Part shown: positions 1 through 9,242 of the stretch, one piece after another | Numbering within the stretch: the stretch's first letter is position 1 | Layout of the letters: every line of letters starts with the position of its first letter | Source: Myxococcota bacterium | GTDB taxonomy: Bacteria > Myxococcota_A > Polyangia > Polyangiales > Sandaracinaceae | Direction: 5' to 3' | Assembly (NCBI GenBank): GCA_036149055.1 | Contig: JAYZQJ010000020.1 | Coordinates: 1 to 29,266, forward strand | Length of the DNA stretch: 29,266 nucleotides | The notes under the pieces: model-generated | Told to the model about the DNA's origin: nothing | What the model saw: the letters and a program-made list of their open reading frames with translations, nothing else | Database searches by the model: none | Translations under genes and position numbers: made by a program

Positions 1-136
1 CGGGGCCGAGCGGAGCGAGGTCCCGGAGTGGGTGGGGGGGCCCCGCGGAGGAGGCGCAGCGATGTTTGCGGAGGGCGTAGCCCGGAGCGAACATCGTTGC
101 GCCGCCGCAGCGGGGGGGCGGGGGCGGACCCGCCCC
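1..136. repeat. Nested palindromic intergenic element (REP/REPIN-like), possibly truncated at the window edge
   Basis: Three hairpins. 1-25: CGGGGCC/GGTCCCG around GA-GCGGAGC-GA. 53-103: 17-bp stem with two G-T pairs, capped by GGA-GGGC-GTA-GCCC-GGA. 121-136: GGGGCGG-AC-CCGCCCC. Family assignment is inference. Confidence 0.6.
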
Positions 137-148
137 TGCCCAACAAAG

Positions 149-1492
<1,344 letters not shown>

Positions 1493-1520
1493 GGTGAAGG
1501 TCTCCTTCGATCGGAAACGA

Positions 1521-2498
1521 CTAACGGGTTTGCGTTCTTGCGACGAGCACCTGCCAATCCAGGTGTCCGTCAGGGCCGTCGCCGCAGCGCGCCGACGGGA
1601 TGGTCTGGACCTGCGCGTCGACGAGGCCGGCCGCTCCGGCCAGCTCGGCGAGCTCTCGGTCGGTGAAGCCGAGCCAGAGATCGGCCTGCTGCTCGCGCAG
1701 CCGCTCGTCCTGGTGGCTCACGTAGTCGATGACGGCGACCGCGCCGCCCGGGCGGGCGAGGGCCGCGAGGCTGGCGAGGGCCGCGGCCGGCTTCGGCGCG
1801 TGGTGCAGCACGCGCGAGGCGAAGACCGCGTCCGCGCCGCCGAGGCTCGCCACGTGGTCGAGCAGGTCGGGGTCGGACAGCTCGCCCGAGCGCAGCTCGA
1901 CGTGGGCGTAGCCGCGCTCGGCGACCCGGCGGCGGGCCCGCTCGAGCTGGGGCTGGGAGCGGTCGACGGCGACCACCCGCTCGAAGATGGGGGCGAGCAC
2001 GTCGAGGAAGCTCCCGTCGCCGGTGCCCGCGTCGACCGCGAGGCGGCGCGGGTGGATCAGCGGGGCGAGGGCGCTCAGGTAGGCGGGCAGCTCGCGGGGC
2101 AGGTCGAGGGGCGCGTCGGCCGGGCGGGCGAAGAACTCGCGGGCGGCCGCGTCTCGTGCCTCGACCACGTCGGGGATGCGCCCCAGGCTGCCGTCCTCCT
2201 CGGTCAAGGCGCGGCCGGCGTCGAGCGCGTCCCCCACCACCGGATCCGAGGCGACGCCGTCGGTCAGGCGGAGGAACGCCCAGCGCCCCTGCTTGCGCAT
2301 GGTCAGCAGCCCGGCCTCGCGGAGCGCCTTGGCGTGACGCGAGACGTTGGGCTGGTTCTCCTCGAGCAGCTCCGCCAGCTCCCCGATCGCCAGCTCCTCC
2401 GCGCTCGCCAGGGCCAGCAGCCGCAGCCGGATCGGCTCGCTCAGGAGCCGGTAGAGCTCCCATCGGCGCGAGCCTGGGCTGTGGGCGACGACCTGCAC
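1521..2498 (-). CDS. sahR: ArsR-family HTH plus SAM-binding methyltransferase-domain regulator (SahR-like)
   Basis: N-terminal ArsR wHTH ([10 protein letters not shown]...ELAIGELAE...[17 protein letters not shown]); class I MTase motifs [22 protein letters not shown]; directly upstream of ahcY, the established SahR context. Confidence 0.88.
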   Translation of the reverse strand: MQVVAHSPGSRRWELYRLLSEPIRLRLLALASAEELAIGELAELLEENQPNVSRHAKALREAGLLTMRKQGRWAFLRLTDGVASDPVVGDALDAGRALTEEDGSLGRIPDVVEARDAAAREFFARPADAPLDLPRELPAYLSALAPLIHPRRLAVDAGTGDGSFLDVLAPIFERVVAVDRSQPQLERARRRVAERGYAHVELRSGELSDPDLLDHVASLGGADAVFASRVLHHAPKPAAALASLAALARPGGAVAVIDYVSHQDERLREQQADLWLGFTDRELAELAGAAGLVDAQVQTIPSARCGDGPDGHLDWQVLVARTQTR

Positions 2499-2504
2499 GA
2501 GCCC

Positions 2505-2533
2505 TTCATATACTCAGATTCACATATCGGCAA
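2505..2533 (-). promoter_or_regulatory. Putative sigma70 promoter of sahR-ahcY with overlapping candidate SahR operator
   Basis: Minus strand reads TTGCCG-N17-TATGAA-N6-GTG. An AT-rich 20-mer, ATAT-N12-ATAT (2508-2527), covers the spacer and part of the -10. Confidence 0.5.
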
Positions 2534-2590
2534 GTGACCGTTCTGCGACGGCGCCGTTCGACAAAATTGCCGCACCGGGCCGTTCGGCCA

Positions 2591-2619
2591 TTGGCGAACC
2601 GGCCCGAGTCCCCCATGCT
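2591..2619 (+). promoter_or_regulatory. Putative sigma70 promoter of the sulfurtransferase operon
   Basis: TTGGCG(2591-2596)-N17-CATGCT(2614-2619), 10 nt before ATG 2630; the -35 lies within an imperfect inverted repeat at 2576-2606. Confidence 0.35.
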
Positions 2620-2629
2620 CGGACTTCCG

Positions 2630-3472
2630 ATGAGCCAATACGCCCACCCCGAGATGCTCGTGGAGACCGACTGGGTCGCCGCGCATTTGGATGATCCCGA
2701 CGTCCGCGTCGCGGAAGTCGACGTCGACACCTTCTCCTACGACGAGGGTCACATCCCCGGCGCCCTCGGCTGGAACTGGTCGACGCAGCTCTGCGACACC
2801 CACACCCGGGACATCCTCTCCAAGGACGCCTTCGAGCGCCTGATGGGCGAGAGCGGGATCACGCCGGACACGACGGTGATCCTCTACGGCGACAACAACA
2901 ACTGGTTCGCCGCCTGGGCCCTCTGGCAGATGAAGCTCTACGGGCACGGCTCGGTGAAGCTCATGAACGGCGGCCGCCGCAAGTGGCTGGCCGAGGGGCG
3001 CGAGCTCACCCTGGATCCGGCGGCGCCGGAGGCGACCGAGTACCGGGTCACCGACACCGAGCTGTCGCTCCGCAGCCTGCTGCCGGAGGTCATGGCGGAC
3101 GTGGCGGCCAAGCGCATCGACCTGGTCGACGTGCGCAGCCCGGCCGAGTACCACGGCGAGATCCTGGCTCCGCCGGGCCTCCCGGAGACCTGCCAGCGGG
3201 GCGGTCACGTGCCGGGCGCGGCGAACATCCCGTGGGGCTCGGTGTGCGCCGAGGACGGGACGTTCAAGTCGTTCGACGAGCTGAAGGCGCTGTACGCGGC
3301 GCAGGGGGTCACGGGGGATCGGCCGGTCACGGCCTACTGCCGCATCGGGGAGCGCTCGAGCCACTCGTGGTTCGTGCTCAAGTACCTCCTCGGCTTCGAC
3401 GGCGTGAAGAACTACGACGGCTCCTGGACCGAGTGGGGGAATCTGGTCGGGGCGCCCATCGAGAAACCCTGA
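2630..3472 (+). CDS. Double-domain rhodanese / thiosulfate sulfurtransferase (CysA/SseA type)
   Basis: YAHPEMLVETDWV start, YDEGHIPGA signature, active-site loop YCRIGERSS, C-terminal YDGSWTEW. Start set at ATG 2630, in frame with ORF 2156..3472. Confidence 0.95.
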   Translation: MSQYAHPEMLVETDWVAAHLDDPDVRVAEVDVDTFSYDEGHIPGALGWNWSTQLCDTHTRDILSKDAFERLMGESGITPDTTVILYGDNNNWFAAWALWQMKLYGHGSVKLMNGGRRKWLAEGRELTLDPAAPEATEYRVTDTELSLRSLLPEVMADVAAKRIDLVDVRSPAEYHGEILAPPGLPETCQRGGHVPGAANIPWGSVCAEDGTFKSFDELKALYAAQGVTGDRPVTAYCRIGERSSHSWFVLKYLLGFDGVKNYDGSWTEWGNLVGAPIEKP

Positions 3473-3481
3473 GGTTCCCCC

Positions 3482-3823
3482 TTGAGCGAGCAGTTTCGCA
3501 GCAACGGTATGGAGAGTCGGCTCACCACGGTGGCCGACGTCGAGGTGAGGGTGACGTCCTACGTGGTCGGCAAGCGCTACTCCTGTCGGATCGACAACGT
3601 CGACCCGGGCGGGAACATCGCGCGCGCCACCGGGGCGACCCGCGAGGAGGCGGAGAGCGCCGCGCTCGACAACGCCGCGCTCACGCTCGAGATGCAGAGC
3701 GCGCGGGCCCGCCTCACGAAGGCCACGTCCGCGATCCGGCAGACGCCGGCCAACGGCGTCCGTGACTCCCAGCTCATGCGCACGGTGAGCCGAAACGACG
3801 ATCCGAGGTGGGGTGAAGGATGA
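3482..3823 (+). CDS. Small hypothetical protein, paralog of the next gene
   Basis: TTG start with GAGG upstream; aligns from its N-terminus with 3820..4107 (SY..G.R..C..DNV.PG..IAR..GATREEAE). Confidence 0.85.
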   Translation: MSEQFRSNGMESRLTTVADVEVRVTSYVVGKRYSCRIDNVDPGGNIARATGATREEAESAALDNAALTLEMQSARARLTKATSAIRQTPANGVRDSQLMRTVSRNDDPRWGEG

Positions 3824-4107
3824 GCACGTTCAAGGTCGAGGGCTACGAGACGCGCGAGGAGGAGCTGGAGGGCTGGCCGGTCCGCATCGCCAGCTACCAG
3901 CTCGGGGAGCGGTTCGCGTGCAAGGTGGACAACGTCAGCCCGGGCGCGGTCATCGCGCGCGGTGAAGGCGCCACCCGCGAGGAGGCCGAAGGCGACGCGA
4001 TCGAGCGCGCCGCGCGCAAGCTCCGCACCACCCGCCGCATCGAGGTGCTCGCCACCAAGGTCGACGAGATCTCGCGCGAGCTGAAGGCGCTCAAAGACGA
4101 CGCGTGA
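3820..4107 (+). CDS. Small hypothetical protein, paralog of the previous gene, with C-terminal coiled-coil-like tail
   Basis: ATGA overlap with the upstream gene, GC3-rich codons, clear similarity to 3482..3823. Confidence 0.88.
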   Translation: MSTFKVEGYETREEELEGWPVRIASYQLGERFACKVDNVSPGAVIARGEGATREEAEGDAIERAARKLRTTRRIEVLATKVDEISRELKALKDDA

Positions 4108-4119
4108 TCGGAGGGGCGC

Positions 4120-4941
4120 TCACCGCCTCCGCACCGCGAGCCCGACCGCGAAGAGCAGCCCCAGGGTCAGGATGATCGTCGCGCCGCTGGCGACGTTGAG
4201 GTGGTAGCTCGCGAGCAGGCCCACCGCGGCGCCGCCCACCCCGAGCGCGGTGGAGATCAGCGCGACCCGGGTCAGCGTCCGCCCCACCATGCTCGCGGTG
4301 GCGGCGGGGATGACGATGAACGAGCTGACGAGCGCGATGCCGACCGTCTCCACGCTGACGACGATCACGACCGCGACCAGCGCGAGCAGCATGTACTCGA
4401 GGGACGCGACCGGGACGCCGCTCAGCGCGGCGAGCTCCGGGTCGAAGGTCATGTAGGCGAGGCGCGACCAGGTCAGCCCGAGCATGATCACGGTCGCGGC
4501 CGCCACCCCGCCGACGAGCCAGAGATCGTCGGGGCTGATCGCGAGGATGCTGCCGAAGAGCACGCTCTCGATGTTGACCGGCGGCGCCTCCGGCGGGCGC
4601 AGGCCGAGGAAGAGCACGCCGAGCGCGAGCGAGACGCTGAAGAACACCCCGACGGCCACGTCCCCCCGCACGTGCCCGCGCCGCAGCACGTAGGCGATCC
4701 CGAGGGCGATGAGCACGGTGAACGGCAGCGCCACCAGGGTCGCGTTCTCGACCGCGACCTCGATGAGCAGGCCGAGGGCGATGCCGCCGAAGGCCGCGTG
4801 GGCGAGCCCGTCGCCGATGAAGGCGAGGCCGCGCTGCACGACGAACACCCCCACGAGCGCGCAGAGCCCGCCGACGATGGTGCCGGCGACGAGCGCGTGC
4901 ACCATGAAGGCCTGCGAGAGGGGCTCGGAGAAGAAGTCCAC
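4120..4941 (-). CDS. znuB: Zn/Mn ABC transporter permease
   Basis: Multi-pass hydrophobic protein with GDGLAHAAFGG, LFGSILA, TFDPELA, VGIALV, IPAATA motifs. Confidence 0.92.
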   Translation of the reverse strand: MDFFSEPLSQAFMVHALVAGTIVGGLCALVGVFVVQRGLAFIGDGLAHAAFGGIALGLLIEVAVENATLVALPFTVLIALGIAYVLRRGHVRGDVAVGVFFSVSLALGVLFLGLRPPEAPPVNIESVLFGSILAISPDDLWLVGGVAAATVIMLGLTWSRLAYMTFDPELAALSGVPVASLEYMLLALVAVVIVVSVETVGIALVSSFIVIPAATASMVGRTLTRVALISTALGVGGAAVGLLASYHLNVASGATIILTLGLLFAVGLAVRRR

Positions 4942-4942
4942 G

Positions 4943-5710
4943 TCAGTCCTCGTCGGGGAAGCCGCCGGCGTGGCTGGCGTGCAGGGCCTCGAAGCTCTTG
5001 CGCCCGAGGATCTCGTGAGGGAGGCCCCACGCGGAGATGCGGCCGTCCTGCAGGTAGATGACGCGCTCGGCGGTGCGGGCGACGGCGGCGAGGTTGTGGG
5101 TCACGAGGATCGCCGCGAGCTCGTCGGACGCGCTGATCTCGGCGAGGATGTCCATGAACTCCGCCCGGCCCTTGGCGTCGACCCCGGCCGTCGGCTCGTC
5201 GAGGATGAGCAGGGCGGGATCGTTGACGAGGGCGCGCGCGAGGAAGACGCGCTGCGTCTCTCCGCCGCTCAGCTGGACGAGCTCCTTGTCGACCAGCCCC
5301 GCGCCGCCGACGCGCTCGAGCACCTCGATGGCCCGGGCGCGCTCGGCCTCGCGCACCCGGAGCGGCCACTTGCCGCGGATGGCCGCGACGATGAGGTCGA
5401 CCGCGCGCGCCGGGAACGATCGGTCGAAGCCCTTGCGCTGCGGCACGTAGCCCACCGAGCGGTGCGCCTCGTCCATCGGCTTGCCGAGCACCTCGATGGT
5501 GCCGGCGCTCGGCTCGATGAGCCCGAGCACCGCCTTGAGGAAGGTGCTCTTGCCGGCGCCGTTCGGGCCGCAGAGGCAGACGAACTCCCCCTTGGGGATC
5601 CAGAACGTGACGTCGTGCAGGATGGTGTGATCGCCGATCTCGACCCTGACGCCCTTGGCCTCGAACACGCTCGGCAGCTCGCCGCGGACCGGCTGGGTGA
5701 AGGCGAGCAT
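4943..5710 (-). CDS. znuC: Zn/Mn ABC transporter ATP-binding subunit
   Basis: Walker A GPNGAGKST, GYVPQR, signature LSGGE, Walker B LILDEPTAGVD, H-loop VTH; ATG at 5710 overlaps the znuA stop (TGATG). Confidence 0.92.
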   Translation of the reverse strand: MLAFTQPVRGELPSVFEAKGVRVEIGDHTILHDVTFWIPKGEFVCLCGPNGAGKSTFLKAVLGLIEPSAGTIEVLGKPMDEAHRSVGYVPQRKGFDRSFPARAVDLIVAAIRGKWPLRVREAERARAIEVLERVGGAGLVDKELVQLSGGETQRVFLARALVNDPALLILDEPTAGVDAKGRAEFMDILAEISASDELAAILVTHNLAAVARTAERVIYLQDGRISAWGLPHEILGRKSFEALHASHAGGFPDED

Positions 5711-6729
5711 CAGTCCCCGAGCGCCCGGTCGATCACGTCGGCGTCGTGCAGGAGCAGCCGCTCGTAGGTGTCGACGCCGGAGGTGCCGCCGACGGGGTCG
5801 AGCTGGTGCAGCGTCACCCCGGACTGCTGGGCGATCACCCGGCCGGGGCGAGGATCGAGCTGCGGCTCCGAGAAGAGGGCGCGGGTCCCGCTCGCGCGGA
5901 TGGCCTCGAGCACCTCCTGCATGTAGCGGGGCGTGGGCTCGCGCCCCGGGAACGGCTCGATGACGGCGGCGATGGTGAGCCCGTAGCGCTCGGCGAAGTA
6001 CCCGAACGAGCCGTGGAAGGTGACGATGGTCTGGCCGTCCCAGCCCTCGGCGCGCTCCTCGAGCTGATCGTGCAGCGCCCGCAGCTCGCGCTTCACCGCC
6101 TCGCCGCGCTCCCGGAAGCCGTCGGCGTGCGCGGGGTCGAGGCGCGCGAAGGCGTCGACGAGCCGGTCGACCGCGGTGACCATGCGGAGTGGATCCAGCC
6201 AGAAGTGCGGATCGAAGGCACCGTGGTGGTGGTGCGCCTCCTCGTGGTGCCCGTGCGCTTCGCCCTCTTCTTCCTCGTCGTGGTCGTGCTCGTCGTGGCC
6301 ATGGTCGTCGTGGTCGTGGCCGTGCTCGCGCGCGTGCTCCAGCAGGTCCACCCCGACCTCGGGCGCGCTGAGCCGGCGCGGCTCCACCGCCGGCCCGAGC
6401 TCGAGGATCTCGGTGTCGTCGCCGGCGGCGCCGCGGATGATGCGGCTGGCCCAGGGATCCATCTCGAGGCCCACCACGACGCCGAGGTCCGCGCCCGCGA
6501 CCTGGGCCATCTCCCGCGGCGTCGGGTCGAAGCCGTGCTCGGAGCGGCCCGGTGGCAGCACCAGGATCACGTCCAGCGCGTCTCCGGCCACCCGACGGGC
6601 GACGTCGTAGAGCGGGAAGATCGACACCGCGACCTTCCTCTTCCCCCCGGCGTCGCGCTCCTCCCCCCCGCAGGCGGCGAGCAGCACGATCGCGAGCGAC
6701 GCTGCCCCGAGGGCACCCTGGCGCTTCAT
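5710..6729 (-). CDS. znuA: Zn ABC transporter substrate-binding lipoprotein with long His/acidic loop
   Basis: Lipobox LAAC, SEHGFDPTP, His-rich loop HGHDHDDHGHDEHDHD...HHHH, DPHFWLDP, TFHGSFGYF; start set at ATG 6729. Confidence 0.92.
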   Translation of the reverse strand: MKRQGALGAASLAIVLLAACGGEERDAGGKRKVAVSIFPLYDVARRVAGDALDVILVLPPGRSEHGFDPTPREMAQVAGADLGVVVGLEMDPWASRIIRGAAGDDTEILELGPAVEPRRLSAPEVGVDLLEHAREHGHDHDDHGHDEHDHDEEEEGEAHGHHEEAHHHHGAFDPHFWLDPLRMVTAVDRLVDAFARLDPAHADGFRERGEAVKRELRALHDQLEERAEGWDGQTIVTFHGSFGYFAERYGLTIAAVIEPFPGREPTPRYMQEVLEAIRASGTRALFSEPQLDPRPGRVIAQQSGVTLHQLDPVGGTSGVDTYERLLLHDADVIDRALGD

Positions 6730-6779
6730 GGTCGACGACTCTACCACCCGGGCCGGGGGACGCGGTATCTTGGCGCGCG
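6730..6779. promoter_or_regulatory. Back-to-back putative leaderless promoters (znuA and zinc-ribbon gene)
   Basis: Minus: TGgTAGAGT-N8-ATG(6729). Plus: TATCTT(6766-6771)-N8-ATG(6780). No Shine-Dalgarno on either side. Confidence 0.5.
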
Positions 6780-7241
6780 ATGCGATGTCCACGCTGTGAG
6801 CGCCCGATGGGCCAGCAGCGGTTGCACGCCGAGGGGGGCGCGTACCGCGGGGCGTACGTCGTGGTCTGGTCCTGCGCCGGCTGCCGCGTGACCTCGCTCG
6901 ACCTGCAGAGCGTGGCCGCGAGGCGGTCGAGCGCGCACGCGCGGCTGAGCGCGACCCCGCTGTGCCGGAGCGCCGAGCGAGTGAGCGAGGCCTGCGGCGG
7001 ATGCCTCGCGAGCCTGCAGCGGCTGACCATCTCGTGGGACCGCCACTGGGCCGAGATCGAGGAGTGCCCGCGGTGCGCGCTCCTCTACCTCGACGCCGGA
7101 GAGCTCGCGCGGCTGGCGTCGATGCTCGAGGCGTCGGCCGACGTGCCGACCGGGCGGTGGCTCGCCGAGGACGAGAGCGCGGCGACCGAGGCGGGCGCGG
7201 TGACCGACGCGCTGCTGGCCTGGCTCGGGGACGCCCCGTGA
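6780..7241 (+). CDS. Double zinc-ribbon protein (zf-TFIIB-like)
   Basis: Four CxxC pairs (CPRC, CAGC, CGGC, CPRC) with the typical C-terminal IEECPRC..LYLDAGEL motif. Confidence 0.8.
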   Translation: MRCPRCERPMGQQRLHAEGGAYRGAYVVVWSCAGCRVTSLDLQSVAARRSSAHARLSATPLCRSAERVSEACGGCLASLQRLTISWDRHWAEIEECPRCALLYLDAGELARLASMLEASADVPTGRWLAEDESAATEAGAVTDALLAWLGDAP

Positions 7242-7834
7242 GCCCCGCGTCGCAGACGCCGGGACGCCCCTCCCCGCTGATGCGCGCGAGCTACCTCCAG
7301 TCCAACGTGGAGTCCCTGGGTCGCCTCGGCGCCCGGACCGAGGCCGACATCCGGCGCCGCGCCGTCCGCGCGGTCGAGGAGATCGAGCGCGCGCTGCGGA
7401 CCGCGTGGCTCCCTCTCCAGCTCGACATCGAGCTGACCGACGCGATCGAGCAGCTCGCAGGGCGTGACGCGACCCGCGAGCTCGCGCGGCACGCCATCGC
7501 GGTCTCGGCCGAGGGTCCGCTCCTGCGGCCGTTCCTCCGCGCGCTGAAGGCGGTGGGCCTGACCCCGCGCGCCGGGTTCAAGGTCGCGCCGAAGGCCTGG
7601 CGGAGCGTCTACCGCTTCTGCGGCGAGCTGGAGGTCGAGCGGGACGACGATCGCGCGGTCACCCTCACCCAGCACGACGCCCCGGAGGCGATCCTCTACA
7701 GCGAGGCCTATCAGGTCGGCATCGCCGGCGCGCTCGAGGGGGTGGTGCTGCTCACCGGGGGCGCCGCTCCGAGCGTGGAGCCGGAGGCGCACGGCCCGCT
7801 CCGCCGCGTCCGCTACCGCTGCACCTGGCGCTGA
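7238..7834 (+). CDS. Hypothetical protein, myxobacterial V4R/HNOB-like (DUF2378-like) fold suspected
   Basis: GTGA overlap with the upstream stop; pattern WLP...P.AW..VY..CG.L.V...G.LEG....G...V......RY..W. Fold is inference. Confidence 0.7.
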   Translation: MSPASQTPGRPSPLMRASYLQSNVESLGRLGARTEADIRRRAVRAVEEIERALRTAWLPLQLDIELTDAIEQLAGRDATRELARHAIAVSAEGPLLRPFLRALKAVGLTPRAGFKVAPKAWRSVYRFCGELEVERDDDRAVTLTQHDAPEAILYSEAYQVGIAGALEGVVLLTGGAAPSVEPEAHGPLRRVRYRCTWR

Positions 7835-7859
7835 CCGAAGCGCGGCCCCAGCCTGGGTC

Positions 7860-9242
7860 ATGAGCCGGACCCTCGACGACGCGCGCATGCGTTGCCGCGC
7901 CGAGCGCGAGCGCGACGGCGACTACGTCCTCTACTGGATGCAGCGGTCGCAGCGCGCGCGCACCAACCACGCCCTCGAGCACGCCGCCCGGCGGGCCAAC
8001 GCGCTCGACCTCCCCCTCGTGGTGGGGTTCGGGCTGATGGACGACTACCCGGAGGCGAGCGCGCGACACTACCGCTTCATGCTGGAGGGGCTCGCCCAGA
8101 CGGCCTCGCAGCTCGAGCGGCGGGGCATCGGCTTCGTGCTGCGACGCGGGCACCCGGCGGACGTCTGCCTCGCGCTCGCCGAGCGGGCGGCGCACCTGGT
8201 GATGGACCGCGGCTACCTCCGCCACGAGCGCGCGTGGCGAGAACGGGTCGCCGAGGAGGCGGAGTGCGCGGTCGACGAGGTCGAGGCCGACGTGGTGGTC
8301 CCCGTCGAGGTGGCGAGCGACAAACGCGAGTACGCGGCTCGCACGCTCCGGCCGAAGATCCACGAGCACCTCGAGCGCTTCCTGGTCCAGCTCGACACCA
8401 CGCCGGTGTCCCGATCGGCGCCGACGCTGGAGGGCGAGTCGCTCGACGACCTGGACGCCTTGCTGGAGGGCGTCGACGACCGCGTCCCGCCGGTGACCGG
8501 CTTCTTCGAGGGCGGCACCACCCGAGCCCAGGCGCGGCTCCGGGCCTTCCTCGAGCAGCACCTGAGCGACTACGGCGACGACCGCCTCGAGCCCGACGCC
8601 GAGCGGGTGAGCCACCTGAGCCCCTACCTCCACTTCGGTCAGATCAGCCCGGTCGAGATCGCGCTCGCGGTGAAGGACGCCGGCGGGAGCGAGGACTTCC
8701 TGGAGGAGCTGATCGTGCGGCGGGAGCTGGGCGTCAACTACTGCTTCTACGAGCGGGACTACGACTCCTTCGGCGCCCTCCCCGGCTGGGCGAAGGAGAC
8801 CCTGCGCGAGCACGCGGGCGATCCGCGCCCCCACGTCTACACCGCGAACGAGCTCGAGCGCGCCGAGACGGACGACCCGTACTGGAACGCCGCGATGAAC
8901 GAGATGCGGTACACGGGCTACCTGCACAACGCGATGCGCATGTACTGGGGCAAGCGCATCCTCACCTGGACGAACACGCCCGAGTACGCCTTCCGGGTCG
9001 CGCTCGAGCTCAACGATCGCTGGCTGCTCGACGGCCGGGACACGAGCTCCTACGCGAACGTGGCGTGGCTCTTCGGGCTGCACGACCGCGCCTGGGGCGA
9101 GCGCGAGATCTTCGGCAAGGTCCGCACGATGACCGCCGGCGGGCTGGAGCGGAAGTACGACATGGACGCCTACCTCGAGGGCGTGCTCGCCAAGATGGAG
9201 CGCGCGAAGGAGATGGGCGTCGAGCTGGAGGACGCGGCGTGA
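7860..9242 (+). CDS. Class II CPD DNA photolyase
   Basis: [82 protein letters not shown]: class II photolyase motifs. Confidence 0.95.
   Translation: MSRTLDDARMRCRAERERDGDYVLYWMQRSQRARTNHALEHAARRANALDLPLVVGFGLMDDYPEASARHYRFMLEGLAQTASQLERRGIGFVLRRGHPADVCLALAERAAHLVMDRGYLRHERAWRERVAEEAECAVDEVEADVVVPVEVASDKREYAARTLRPKIHEHLERFLVQLDTTPVSRSAPTLEGESLDDLDALLEGVDDRVPPVTGFFEGGTTRAQARLRAFLEQHLSDYGDDRLEPDAERVSHLSPYLHFGQISPVEIALAVKDAGGSEDFLEELIVRRELGVNYCFYERDYDSFGALPGWAKETLREHAGDPRPHVYTANELERAETDDPYWNAAMNEMRYTGYLHNAMRMYWGKRILTWTNTPEYAFRVALELNDRWLLDGRDTSSYANVAWLFGLHDRAWGEREIFGKVRTMTAGGLERKYDMDAYLEGVLAKMERAKEMGVELEDAA

Noticed and set aside
121..148. Rho-independent terminator for ahcY
   Set aside because: On the ahcY strand the T-rich tract precedes the hairpin instead of following it.
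2535..2629. Possible SAH or SAM riboswitch (CTGCGACGG resembles part of the SAH motif)
   Set aside because: The flanking conserved elements (GAGGAGCG, CAGGCTC) are absent, and it is on the wrong strand for ahcY.
4943..7030. Apparent large fusion ORFs (695-aa ABC ATPase, 971-aa photolyase, 968-aa peptidase, 695-aa M50 protease)
   Set aside because: The N-terminal extensions are off-frame reads through neighbouring genes; real starts coincide with stop/start overlaps at 5710, 9239, 20183 and 13825.
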